A DNA stretch of 61,028 nucleotides. It comes from an uncultured Spirochaetaceae bacterium (lineage in GTDB: Bacteria; Spirochaetota; Spirochaetia; DSM-27196; PWMO01). The notes under the pieces are model-generated. The model saw only the letters and a list, made by a program, of their open reading frames with translations. It searched no databases and was not told where the DNA came from. Below, one piece after another: positions 36,426 through 45,157 of the stretch (position 1 is the stretch's first letter; every line of letters starts with the position of its first letter). The stretch lies in assembly GCA_964654185.1 (NCBI GenBank), contig CAZZIE010000007.1, positions 1 through 61,028 on the forward strand. Direction: 5' to 3'. Both the position numbers and the translations under genes were made by a program.

Positions 36426-37466
36426 ATGACACAGGAAAACGAAACAGTGAAGGCCGGACCCACCGGAAACGGGCGAGCAGACGCGCCCCTGGTCCTCGTG
36501 ACCGGCGCAACCGGGAAGGTCGGACAGACCTTCATTCGCCGGCTCACCGCGGACTCCCGCTTCAACGGCTGGCGGATCCGCGCCTTCTGCCACAACCGCA
36601 CCGTGGAGGAGACCGACCGGGTCTCCGTGTTCCGCGGTGACACCTCGAACCGCGAGGACGTGAAGCGCGCCATGGACGGCGTCACCCACGTCCTCCATCT
36701 GGCGACCTCAAAGGAGACCCCCTCAACCATCATGGATGTCGCGATCAAGGGGCTTTTCTGGCTTCTCGAAGAGGCGCGGGTCTCACCGACTTTGCGGCGC
36801 TTCATTCTGATCGGGGGTGACGCCGGCATGGGGCACTACTTCTATCCCCACCCGGTGCCCGTCACGGAGCAGCAGCGCCACTCCGCCTATCCCGGCTGCT
36901 ACGCTCTCTCCAAGGTCCTGGAGGAGGTCATGGTCGAACAGTACTACCTGCAGTACGACTTTCCGGGCACCTGTCTCCGGGCACCGTGGATTCAGGAGAA
37001 GGACGACTTCCGCTACTCCCTGCGATTCGATGAGGAGCAGTTCGGCGGCCCCCGCCTCGGCGAGCTCGTCGGCCCGGAGAAGGCGGAGCAGTATCAGAAA
37101 GAGGGACGCGTCCCGGTGCTCTGCGATGCCAACGGCGATCCCCTCCTGCGCAACCTGGTCCACGTGGAAGACCTGGTCGGCGCCATCCTGATCGCCCTGG
37201 AGCACCCGCACGCTCATCAGGAGACCTACAACATCTGCATGGACGAGCCGGTCAACTACCGACACGTCGCCGATTATCTGGCCCGGACCCGCAACCTCCC
37301 CAGCGTGGATGTCCGCACCGACCACCACTCGACCTGGCTCGACAACACCAAGGCGAAGTTCCATCTCGGCTGGCGGCCGGAGTACGACACCGAGCGCCTG
37401 ATCGAAGAGGCGTGGCGGTACGAGCGCGGCCCCGACGAGCCCCGCATCATTCATTATCCAGGGTGA
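36426..37466 (+). CDS. NAD-dependent epimerase/dehydratase (extended SDR)
   Basis: VTGATGKVG, HLAT, YALSK and VHVEDL. Confidence 0.88.
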   Translation: MTQENETVKAGPTGNGRADAPLVLVTGATGKVGQTFIRRLTADSRFNGWRIRAFCHNRTVEETDRVSVFRGDTSNREDVKRAMDGVTHVLHLATSKETPSTIMDVAIKGLFWLLEEARVSPTLRRFILIGGDAGMGHYFYPHPVPVTEQQRHSAYPGCYALSKVLEEVMVEQYYLQYDFPGTCLRAPWIQEKDDFRYSLRFDEEQFGGPRLGELVGPEKAEQYQKEGRVPVLCDANGDPLLRNLVHVEDLVGAILIALEHPHAHQETYNICMDEPVNYRHVADYLARTRNLPSVDVRTDHHSTWLDNTKAKFHLGWRPEYDTERLIEEAWRYERGPDEPRIIHYPG

Positions 37467-37544
37467 CGATGCCGACGGCCGAAGCTCCCACGCCCTTCGC
37501 ACGGGGCGGCGCGTGCGCACCCGGCTGCGGCGGGGCGTCGAGGG

Positions 37545-38369
37545 TCAGTGGCCGGCGCGGCGGAAGAGCTCGAGCATGGCGCGCTGGGTCACGGCGCGCT
37601 GCTCCTCGCCGCTGATGGTTGCAGGCAGGTCGTCATCCTGGGGGCCGTACATGCCGAATTGCGCGTGGTTTCCCCCGGAGATCCCCAGGAGCCCGGCGTC
37701 GGCGGGATACTGATCGGCCGCGCCCTGGATGGCGTCGACATCCGCCACGCCGTCCCGGGTCCCGTAGACGGAGAGAACTTCCACTGCGCCGTCGGTAAGG
37801 TCCACACCGCCGGCGGGGTACGAGGCGAGCATGGTGAGGCTCGCAAAGAGCTCCGGGTTGCGGTCAACGAGCTGCGCCGCCATGGCGCCGCCGAGGGAGT
37901 GCCCGACGATGTGCCACCTCTCGGGTCCACCGTCGTCGCTCTCCGCGGCTTCGATCACCTTCAGGGCGCGGTCCACATCCATGACCGCCAGGTCCAGCGG
38001 CATCTTCACAATGTAGACGACATACCCCTCCGCCACGACTCGGCGGAAGAGCGGCAGGTATGAGCGCGGCGAGACCTTTCCGCCGGGGTAGAAGATGACG
38101 CCGCCGGCGGGAGCTCCGTCCCCGACCGCTGCGTCCCCGGCCCCTGCGGCGATGTCCGCCATCGGCTCGAGGACGATCCACTGCTCCTCGTCACGAATGG
38201 TCGCCACCGCGGCAAGGTCCTCCTCGGCATCCGCAATGGAGGGGTTCGGCGCGTAGGAGGAGGCGAAGAAGGCGCACCCGGACAGGAGGAGCGCTCCGGC
38301 GGCCACCATCAGCAATCGCACCGCACCGCCGGCGGAAAGCCGGGGTCTCTCACTCATACTTGTATCCAC
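37545..38369 (-). CDS. Alpha/beta hydrolase lipoprotein
   Basis: Lipobox LLSGC, IFYPGGKV, GHSLGG and GGNHAQFGMYG. Confidence 0.88.
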   Translation of the reverse strand: MDTSMSERPRLSAGGAVRLLMVAAGALLLSGCAFFASSYAPNPSIADAEEDLAAVATIRDEEQWIVLEPMADIAAGAGDAAVGDGAPAGGVIFYPGGKVSPRSYLPLFRRVVAEGYVVYIVKMPLDLAVMDVDRALKVIEAAESDDGGPERWHIVGHSLGGAMAAQLVDRNPELFASLTMLASYPAGGVDLTDGAVEVLSVYGTRDGVADVDAIQGAADQYPADAGLLGISGGNHAQFGMYGPQDDDLPATISGEEQRAVTQRAMLELFRRAGH

Positions 38370-38910
38370 CGGGATCGGTTTCCAGGTCGACGTCGAGCGC
38401 CTGGACCAGGCGGTTCACGAAGTTGAAGTAGGCGACCACCAGGGTCGCATCCAGAATGGCGCGATCCTCCAGGCCGACCTCGCGAAGTGGCTGCGTCGGA
38501 TCCGTCTTCGTTGCCGCGCCCGGGTCCACCGTCACGCTCCAGGCGTAGTCGCAGAGGGCGCGGTCCGTCGGTGCCAGGTCGAGGGTGGTGTAATCGGCAC
38601 GGAGCGCCTCACTCTTTGCCTCATCCTTCCAGAAGTGCTGGAGCGCCTCGAGGTGGTGGCGCTGACAGTAGGCGCAGCCGTTGGCAACGGAGACAACTAC
38701 CGCCATCATCTCGCGCTGCGCCCGCTTGAGGGGCGACTTCGAGAACATGATCCCCATGTAGAGGTTCATGTGCTGCTCGATCGTCTCCGGGTTCAGACTC
38801 TGGATCTTGTGAATCTCGGCAATCTTGCCCCGGCTGCCGGCAATCCCGTCGTAAATCTCTTTAAGCCGGCCTGTTGCATCGGCGGGCTCAATGACGTTGA
38901 TACGTGACAT
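38350..38910 (-). CDS. AhpD/carboxymuconolactone-decarboxylase-like peroxidase-related enzyme
   Basis: EMMAVVVSVANGCAYCQRHH and AYFNFVNR. Confidence 0.88.
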   Translation of the reverse strand: MSRINVIEPADATGRLKEIYDGIAGSRGKIAEIHKIQSLNPETIEQHMNLYMGIMFSKSPLKRAQREMMAVVVSVANGCAYCQRHHLEALQHFWKDEAKSEALRADYTTLDLAPTDRALCDYAWSVTVDPGAATKTDPTQPLREVGLEDRAILDATLVVAYFNFVNRLVQALDVDLETDPGGYKYE

Positions 38911-39010
38911 GGCCATGAGAATAGTCGGAGCACGCCGGGGACGCAACGCCGCCGGGGCCGCCGGCGCCGCGGCCGCACCGCTGCGCGGGACGCAACGACG
39001 CGGCCGGCCG

Positions 39011-40474
39011 CTACAGGGTCAGCACCTCGCTCAGGGCGGGGTGGGCCAGCGGGGTTGCACGCAGAGCCGCATAGGGGATGCCGTGCTCCATGGCGAGCTG
39101 GATCGGGGCCAGAATGTCCACGGCGCCCTCGCCGAAGGCAGCGGCCCCCCGGATCGCGCCGCCGTGGGCATCGACCCAGATCTTGATGTATTGCTCGCTC
39201 CCGCCATGGCCGTCCCGGTGGATGCGGCCGAGGAGGGTGTCGTCGTATGCGCGGCGGACTTCGGTGACGCCGGGGACCGTGCCCGCGGCAAGATCGACGA
39301 CGGGGCCAATGTGGACGGCCTGCGGATCCGTGTAGACCGCTTCGATCAGGATCGGTGCGGTGTCGGACTGCGCTTCGCCCCGGATGTCCCGGACGATGCG
39401 GCGGGCGACGGTGTGGGCCTGGTTGGCCGTGAGGGGTGCCCCGGCAATGTCGCCGGCTGCGTAGACTCCGGCCAGAGAGGTTCGGCCGACGCCGTCGACC
39501 TTCAGCCAGCCGCCGCCGTCCTGTTCGGGTCGCTCTTCCGCCTCCTCGAGGAAGCTGTCGTCGGGGCGGCGTCCCGTGGCAATGAAGGTGAAGTCCGTGC
39601 GGTGTGCGGTACCGTCGGCGGTGGTGGTGACGACTTCGGTTCCGGTGTTCTCGACGCTCTTGATGGGACTGTTGAAGGTGAGCTTGATGCCGATGCCTTC
39701 CATGTAGCGACGCAGGCTCTCGGCGAGCTCCGGGTCGGTCCGGGGAAGCAGCCGGTCGATGTCGGTGATCAGGTGAACCTTCGTGCCCATCTTCCGGAAG
39801 GCCGTGGCGTACTCGCAGCCGGTGACGCCGCCGCCGACCATGATCATGGTTTCCGGAATTCTCTCGATCTTCTGGGTGTGGCGCGGGGCGATCATCCGAT
39901 CGCCGTCGGGTTTCACGTTCGGGAAGAAGCGCGGCTCCGACCCGGCGGTGATGACGATCGCCTTCGCGGTGACGTCGACGCTTTCCGCGGGGTCGGTGCC
40001 GGCGGCGGTGCCTTCCGGGGCCTGTCCGTCGGCTTCCCCGGCGGTTCGCACCCGCACGCGCCGGCGGTCGAGGAGGCGCGCTGTCCCCGAGACGACCTCG
40101 ACGCCGCGATTCCGGAGGGCCTCCGAGAGCTGTGCGGTGCGCTCCTTCTGGAGGTGCTGGATCCGCTGTCGCAGAGGCGCCAGGTCCGGGGCGGCGCGGC
40201 CGTTGGTGCGCTCCGCACCTGTGCTGTTCTCCCCGGCTGCGGCGCCCATCGTGGCGCTGTTCGCGGCGCCGGCCACGGCGCTTTCCGCGGTGTGGAGCCA
40301 CACCTTGCTCGGGAGCAGGCTGCCGTAGGTGGCCCGGCCGCCGATCGGCATGTCCGCCACGACGAGGGTCTTGAGGTTGTGCGAGCCCGCCTCGAGGGCG
40401 GTTTCCACGCCGGCGGGGCCGCCGCCTATCACAACAACATCGTAGGTTTCTGAGGTGGGTGTGTTTCGTGCCAT
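39011..40474 (-). CDS. Dihydrolipoamide-dehydrogenase-like flavoprotein lacking the redox disulfide
   Basis: GGGPAG, GGRATYGSLLPSK (no Cys), VGGGVTGCE, VYAAGD and HPALSE. Confidence 0.82.
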   Translation of the reverse strand: MARNTPTSETYDVVVIGGGPAGVETALEAGSHNLKTLVVADMPIGGRATYGSLLPSKVWLHTAESAVAGAANSATMGAAAGENSTGAERTNGRAAPDLAPLRQRIQHLQKERTAQLSEALRNRGVEVVSGTARLLDRRRVRVRTAGEADGQAPEGTAAGTDPAESVDVTAKAIVITAGSEPRFFPNVKPDGDRMIAPRHTQKIERIPETMIMVGGGVTGCEYATAFRKMGTKVHLITDIDRLLPRTDPELAESLRRYMEGIGIKLTFNSPIKSVENTGTEVVTTTADGTAHRTDFTFIATGRRPDDSFLEEAEERPEQDGGGWLKVDGVGRTSLAGVYAAGDIAGAPLTANQAHTVARRIVRDIRGEAQSDTAPILIEAVYTDPQAVHIGPVVDLAAGTVPGVTEVRRAYDDTLLGRIHRDGHGGSEQYIKIWVDAHGGAIRGAAAFGEGAVDILAPIQLAMEHGIPYAALRATPLAHPALSEVLTL

Positions 40475-40516
40475 ATTCAGAAAATACTATATAAGGCGCG
40501 CCGGAGCAACGGCCGG

Positions 40517-40657
40517 GTAGGGCCGACCCCGGGGGTGAGCGGGCGGCCCCGGGGTCGGGGGCGCGGGCGCAGCCGAACGCGCGCGGGCGCGGCCGAACGC
40601 CGGCGCCGGCTCGGACGGGCCGGCGGCCGAGGGTGAGCGGGCGGCCCCGGGGTCGGG
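40517..40657. repeat. GC-rich palindromic/direct repeat cluster (REP-like)
   Basis: GTAG, then the 12-bp inverted repeat CCGACCCCGGGG/CCCCGGGGTCGG (40523-40558). GGGTGAGCGGGCGGCCCCGGGGTCGGG recurs near 40631. Confidence 0.6.
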
Positions 40658-40743
40658 CGACGCCGGGCCGGCGTCGGGGGCGCCGGGCGGTTTACGTTGA
40701 CGTTGTGCCTGCGGGGATGTGACTTTTACAGCGAACCGACGAA

Positions 40744-43113
40744 ATGCGCGTACCGGCACGGCTTGGCAGTATCAAGGACCACCTGACTCACTCGAACCTA
40801 CCGTGGCGGATAGCATTGCCGACGTCGATTCTCCTTGCGGCTCTCGCCTTTGCCGTAAATTCCGTCGGCGTACCCCTCTTCATCAACGCGCGTCTTGTCT
40901 TTGGAAGCGTCTTCGTTGTCTTTGCCGTATCCGCTCTCGGGCCCGCCTGGGCGCTTCTGGTAGGCGCCGCCGCCGCGGTTGCTTCCGGGATCTACTGGGG
41001 TTATCCTGTCCTGGCGCTGCCCTTCGCCCTGGAAGCGCTCTGGATGGCGCTGTTCTTTCGATCCGATCGCGACGCCGCGGTGGTGGCAATCGGGGCGTAC
41101 TGGGTCTCCCTGGGGGCGCCCCTGGCGCTCCTGCTATCCATATTCAGCCTCGACGTCGACTCCGCCGCCGCCGGACTCTTCGTGGTAACCAGGATCCTGA
41201 ACGGACTTCTGGCTGCACTCCTGGCGGAGCTCCTCATCCGCGTGCTTCCGCGGATCGGCTGGGTGCGCCGCACCTTTCGCATGGAGAACAAGCACCGTCT
41301 GGAGAGCCTGCTCGTGAGCATCATGATCGGACTCATTCTCGTGCCGGCCCTCATCATCGTGACGAGCGGCGCCCGGGCCATGCAGGATGCCGCGGAGCGG
41401 GTGGTTCGCGGGGAGATCCGTCTGACCGCCTCCTCCTTCGCCCGAAGCATGTCCGGGTGGCTGGATGAGAACTATCAGAACATCAGATCACTTGCCCACG
41501 TCGCCTCGGTGCACCATCGCCAGGTCGGGGGCTTCGGCAACATCGGCCCACAGGTCGAAGTGCTGAAGCACGCAGATACCGACTTTCTGGCGCTGGCCCT
41601 CTTTGATCCGAACGGCAATCCCCTGCACGTGCGCCCAGCCATCGAGCCGCCCGCCGAGGGCAGGCAGGCGCTCATGTCGGCCAAAGAGGCGATCATGGAG
41701 GGGGCCGCCGTCGGTCTGTCGGGCATCTTCCCCATGCAGGCGGTCGGCCGTACGACCCGGGCGGTGGTCCTGGCGGTGCCGGTGAAGAGTCAGGACGGCT
41801 CCCTCGTTGCGATAGCCGCGGGCATTGTGGACGCCGCAAGCCTCCACTCCCACCTCGAGAGCACCCGGGGCCGGCGCAACGTTTCGGTCTCAGTGCACGA
41901 TGGTCACGGCCAACTCTTCTCCAGCAGCGACGCCGCCGGCACATCCAGATTGGTCGCCACAGACGATCGCGTGCAACACTACGGGCCCTCCCTGAAGCGC
42001 GTGGGCTTCCCGATCCGCTCCAAGGTCTACGCCGTCGACCTGGACAAGGGGTACTACGAGATGCGTGTGCCCATTGAGCCGTACTCCGGATGGCAGGTCC
42101 AGGTTGTTCGGTATCTCGACGAGACCCTTGCCCAGCTTGTTCAGCGCGACATTGCCGCGCTTCTCCTTACCTTTGCGGTGGTCTTTGTCGTCGGTCTGAT
42201 AGCCGTCTTCTTCAGCCGCGGGATCGTCTCTTCCATCACGGCCCTCAAGACCGCCAGCGCGGACGCCTCTCTCAAGATCACCGAAGGTACCGCAATCGAC
42301 TGGCCGCAGAGCTACATCAAAGAGGTCGCCTCTCTCAGTGGCGACTTCCAGGAGATGTCCCGGGAACTCCGGACAAGCTTTTCCGAGCTTCATGAGGCGA
42401 AACAACGCGCCGAGGAGGCGAGCCTGGCGAAGAGCCGCTTCCTCCAGAACGTCAGTCACGAGCTGCGAACACCCCTGAACGGGATTCTCGGCTTTGCCCA
42501 GCTTCTCGATCGGGACGACAACGTTTCGGAGGAGCATCATGAAGCGGTCCAGGGGATCCTCCAGAGCGGCAACGACCTCCTGCGCTTCATAAAGGATCTT
42601 CTCATCCACGCCAAGATCGACTCGCAGCACATTCGGCTCACACCGGAGCCGGTGCGCCTGCGCGAAGCGGTAGATCACGTTGCCGACACGGTGCGGCCCA
42701 GCGCCGCGGCAAAGCGTCTGGCATTCCATGTCCAGGTCGATGATGAGTTGCCCGAGATCATTCGGGTGGACGACAAGCGGCTCCAGCAGATTCTCTACAA
42801 CCTGCTGTCCAACGCCGTGGCCTATACGGATGCGGGGTCGATCTCACTGCGCGTGGATCGGGAAGGCCCGGAACACGCGCGGTTCGCCGTCTCGGATACC
42901 GGTCCCGGCATTCCCGCCGAGGACATCGATTCGCTCTTCTCGCCGCTCCGTCAGCTCGAGCGCCACCCCCAGGCGCGAGGCGGGACGGGGCTCGGTCTTT
43001 CGATCGTCAAGCGTCTGGTAGAGATGATGGGCGGCCGGGTCTATGTGGAGAGCACCGAAGGGCTGGGCAGCACCTTCCGCGTTTCCATACCAATCCGCGC
43101 CTCCGAGTCTTAG
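40744..43113 (+). CDS. Membrane sensor histidine kinase (multi-TM + Cache-like + HisKA/HATPase)
   Basis: SHELRTPLNGILG, QILYNLLSNA, DTGPGI and GTGLGLSI. No receiver domain. Confidence 0.92.
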   Translation: MRVPARLGSIKDHLTHSNLPWRIALPTSILLAALAFAVNSVGVPLFINARLVFGSVFVVFAVSALGPAWALLVGAAAAVASGIYWGYPVLALPFALEALWMALFFRSDRDAAVVAIGAYWVSLGAPLALLLSIFSLDVDSAAAGLFVVTRILNGLLAALLAELLIRVLPRIGWVRRTFRMENKHRLESLLVSIMIGLILVPALIIVTSGARAMQDAAERVVRGEIRLTASSFARSMSGWLDENYQNIRSLAHVASVHHRQVGGFGNIGPQVEVLKHADTDFLALALFDPNGNPLHVRPAIEPPAEGRQALMSAKEAIMEGAAVGLSGIFPMQAVGRTTRAVVLAVPVKSQDGSLVAIAAGIVDAASLHSHLESTRGRRNVSVSVHDGHGQLFSSSDAAGTSRLVATDDRVQHYGPSLKRVGFPIRSKVYAVDLDKGYYEMRVPIEPYSGWQVQVVRYLDETLAQLVQRDIAALLLTFAVVFVVGLIAVFFSRGIVSSITALKTASADASLKITEGTAIDWPQSYIKEVASLSGDFQEMSRELRTSFSELHEAKQRAEEASLAKSRFLQNVSHELRTPLNGILGFAQLLDRDDNVSEEHHEAVQGILQSGNDLLRFIKDLLIHAKIDSQHIRLTPEPVRLREAVDHVADTVRPSAAAKRLAFHVQVDDELPEIIRVDDKRLQQILYNLLSNAVAYTDAGSISLRVDREGPEHARFAVSDTGPGIPAEDIDSLFSPLRQLERHPQARGGTGLGLSIVKRLVEMMGGRVYVESTEGLGSTFRVSIPIRASES

Positions 43114-43132
43114 GAACCGCCGTCAACGCCCG

Positions 43133-43711
43133 TTACAGCACAACCCGAAAACCGCCCCGGGCGACGTGCTTGGTCGTGTAGTTGTCGACGCCGTCACCGC
43201 CGTGGGCGTATATGACGATGACCTCCTGTCCGGGACTGAGGGCGACGTCGTACTCGTCACCTGAGTCGAGGGGCATGGTGAAGGTGAGGGTGGTGCGTCC
43301 CCCCTCTTCGCTGCCGCCGACGTTCGACACGTCCCGTGTTCCGCCGAGGTCGGTGTCGAAGCGGTGGTTGATCGCCGACACCCCGAAGTGATCGCCTACC
43401 TCGGCGGATCCGTCGGCGACGAAGCCGAACCGCATGTCGGCATCCTTCATGGCGCGGGTCGGTTCGAAGCCGATTGCCACCCAACCGGTTGTGGGCGCGG
43501 AAATTCGGACATCCAGGCTGTCGTCGCGTACCTGCCAGGCGAAGGTGAACTCCTCCAGCTCCACTACCTTGAATCCGTCGGAACCTTCCGTCGGCTCCAT
43601 GAGCTCCGCGCTCCCGCCTGCCAGAGCGCCGGCAGCGACGCAGAGTGCGAGTATGATGGTCAGAGCGCCGACCAGTCCGGCGCGAGGGGGTGCTTTCTTG
43701 AATAGAGGCAT
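43133..43711 (-). CDS. Secreted DOMON domain protein
   Basis: WVAIGF...MKDADM and a C-terminal H.ARG, with a signal peptide. Confidence 0.85.
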   Translation of the reverse strand: MPLFKKAPPRAGLVGALTIILALCVAAGALAGGSAELMEPTEGSDGFKVVELEEFTFAWQVRDDSLDVRISAPTTGWVAIGFEPTRAMKDADMRFGFVADGSAEVGDHFGVSAINHRFDTDLGGTRDVSNVGGSEEGGRTTLTFTMPLDSGDEYDVALSPGQEVIVIYAHGGDGVDNYTTKHVARGGFRVVL

Positions 43712-43760
43712 GCGTGCTCCTTTCGTTCGTACTTGACTCGGGCTGCAGTGCCGCCCGCGA

Positions 43761-45056
43761 TCACAGTGCAAAGATCTCGTAGAAGATGCGGGATCGTCCC
43801 AGCCCCAGGGATTGCAGCATGGGCACGACCTTCTCCCGCATGACCGGGGGGCCGCAGATGTAGAAGCTCCGCTCCGCGTAGTCGGGAATGAGTCGCGTGA
43901 CCTTCTCTTCGGTAATGAATCCCTTCTCCCCGGGCCAATCCTCCTGGTTCGACATGACGTGGATCATGTGGAACTCGGGGATGCTGCGCTCCAGCTCTTC
44001 CAACTCATCCCGGAAGGCGATGTCCTGCTCGGATTTGTTTCCCCAGAGGAGCGTGACGGGACGATGCCGCCCGGTATCCCGCATCTCTCTCAGCATGCTC
44101 ATGAAGGGTGTAATCCCGATTCCACCTGCAATGAAGGCAATCTTCTCCGTCGGCGCACGATCCAGGGTGAAGGCACCGTAGGGCGCCTCAATGAAGGCGG
44201 TGTCTCCCGGCTTTGTCTCCTTGATCGAGGCGGAGAAGTCCCCAATGTTCTTTGCGGTGATCGACAGGGTGTCGGAGCCGGGGCTTGCGGAGATCGTGTA
44301 GGGATGCGACTCCGAGGTGTTTCCGTTCCGACGCAGGGCGACGAGCATGAACTGACCCGCCTTGAAATCGGGCTTGGGACCCTCGAAGGTGAGGTTCCAG
44401 GTGTCATGGGTGACCTGGTCTACAGCGGCAACGGTGAAGGGCCGTTGTCTGACCCGAATGATCTTGATGCTCTTGGCAATCACGATGAGCGCGTACAATC
44501 CAATGATGGCGTACACGTATCCTGCAGCCCAGACTGAGGCCGAGAGCGTCGAACTGAGCAGCAGGATGTGCGCAAAGAGAACAGGATAGAGAAAGTACGC
44601 CGCCCGGTGAATGTTCTTCCACGTCTCGTAGCGGAGATTCAACATCTTGTAGGCGCTCGCCACGACCCCGACGACAATGAAGCCGACCAGTGCAATGGTT
44701 CCAAGAAGCTTTCCGTAGCTCAGGCTGAGGCGGCCGAGAAAGCCGAGCTCGTAGATCCCCACCAGGACCAGGTGCGCCACGGCGAAGCCGAGTCCCACCA
44801 TCCCGACCAGCCGATGTGCCACAAAAAGGCGGTCCAGCCCGATGTCCTTCTCGAAGATCCGGATCCGTGACGAGAGGACGAACTGAAAGAAGAAGAGGGT
44901 GAAGGCGATGAACGCCGCCACCTGCAACGCCAGGTAGGAGAAGGGCAGTTGGCCGAACAGCGGCGCCATTGCCGCGACCCACGCCGCAATTGGCACCGCC
45001 AGAAAGGCGACCGCCCCGAGATACAACAGGAACTTTCTCACAGTGAAAGCCTCCAC
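43761..45056 (-). CDS. Ferric-reductase-like TM domain + FAD/NAD-binding oxidoreductase
   Basis: TM His residues (HRLVG, HRAAY), HPYTIS, APYGAF, FIAGGIGITPF and YICGPP. Confidence 0.9.
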   Translation of the reverse strand: MEAFTVRKFLLYLGAVAFLAVPIAAWVAAMAPLFGQLPFSYLALQVAAFIAFTLFFFQFVLSSRIRIFEKDIGLDRLFVAHRLVGMVGLGFAVAHLVLVGIYELGFLGRLSLSYGKLLGTIALVGFIVVGVVASAYKMLNLRYETWKNIHRAAYFLYPVLFAHILLLSSTLSASVWAAGYVYAIIGLYALIVIAKSIKIIRVRQRPFTVAAVDQVTHDTWNLTFEGPKPDFKAGQFMLVALRRNGNTSESHPYTISASPGSDTLSITAKNIGDFSASIKETKPGDTAFIEAPYGAFTLDRAPTEKIAFIAGGIGITPFMSMLREMRDTGRHRPVTLLWGNKSEQDIAFRDELEELERSIPEFHMIHVMSNQEDWPGEKGFITEEKVTRLIPDYAERSFYICGPPVMREKVVPMLQSLGLGRSRIFYEIFAL

Positions 45057-45157
45057 GGTATGCGCGGAACAGACCCTGTCCGTCCCGCGCGGTCTGCGCG
45101 ATACGATATCCGGTGCAATTCCCTAAGAGTGTAGTGGACCGGTCCCCTTCTTTGCAT

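Noticed and set aside
45057-45157. Hairpin (CAGACC...GGTCTG) upstream of the ferric reductase as a riboswitch
   Set aside because: It has no recognisable riboswitch consensus, and single GC-rich stems are common here.
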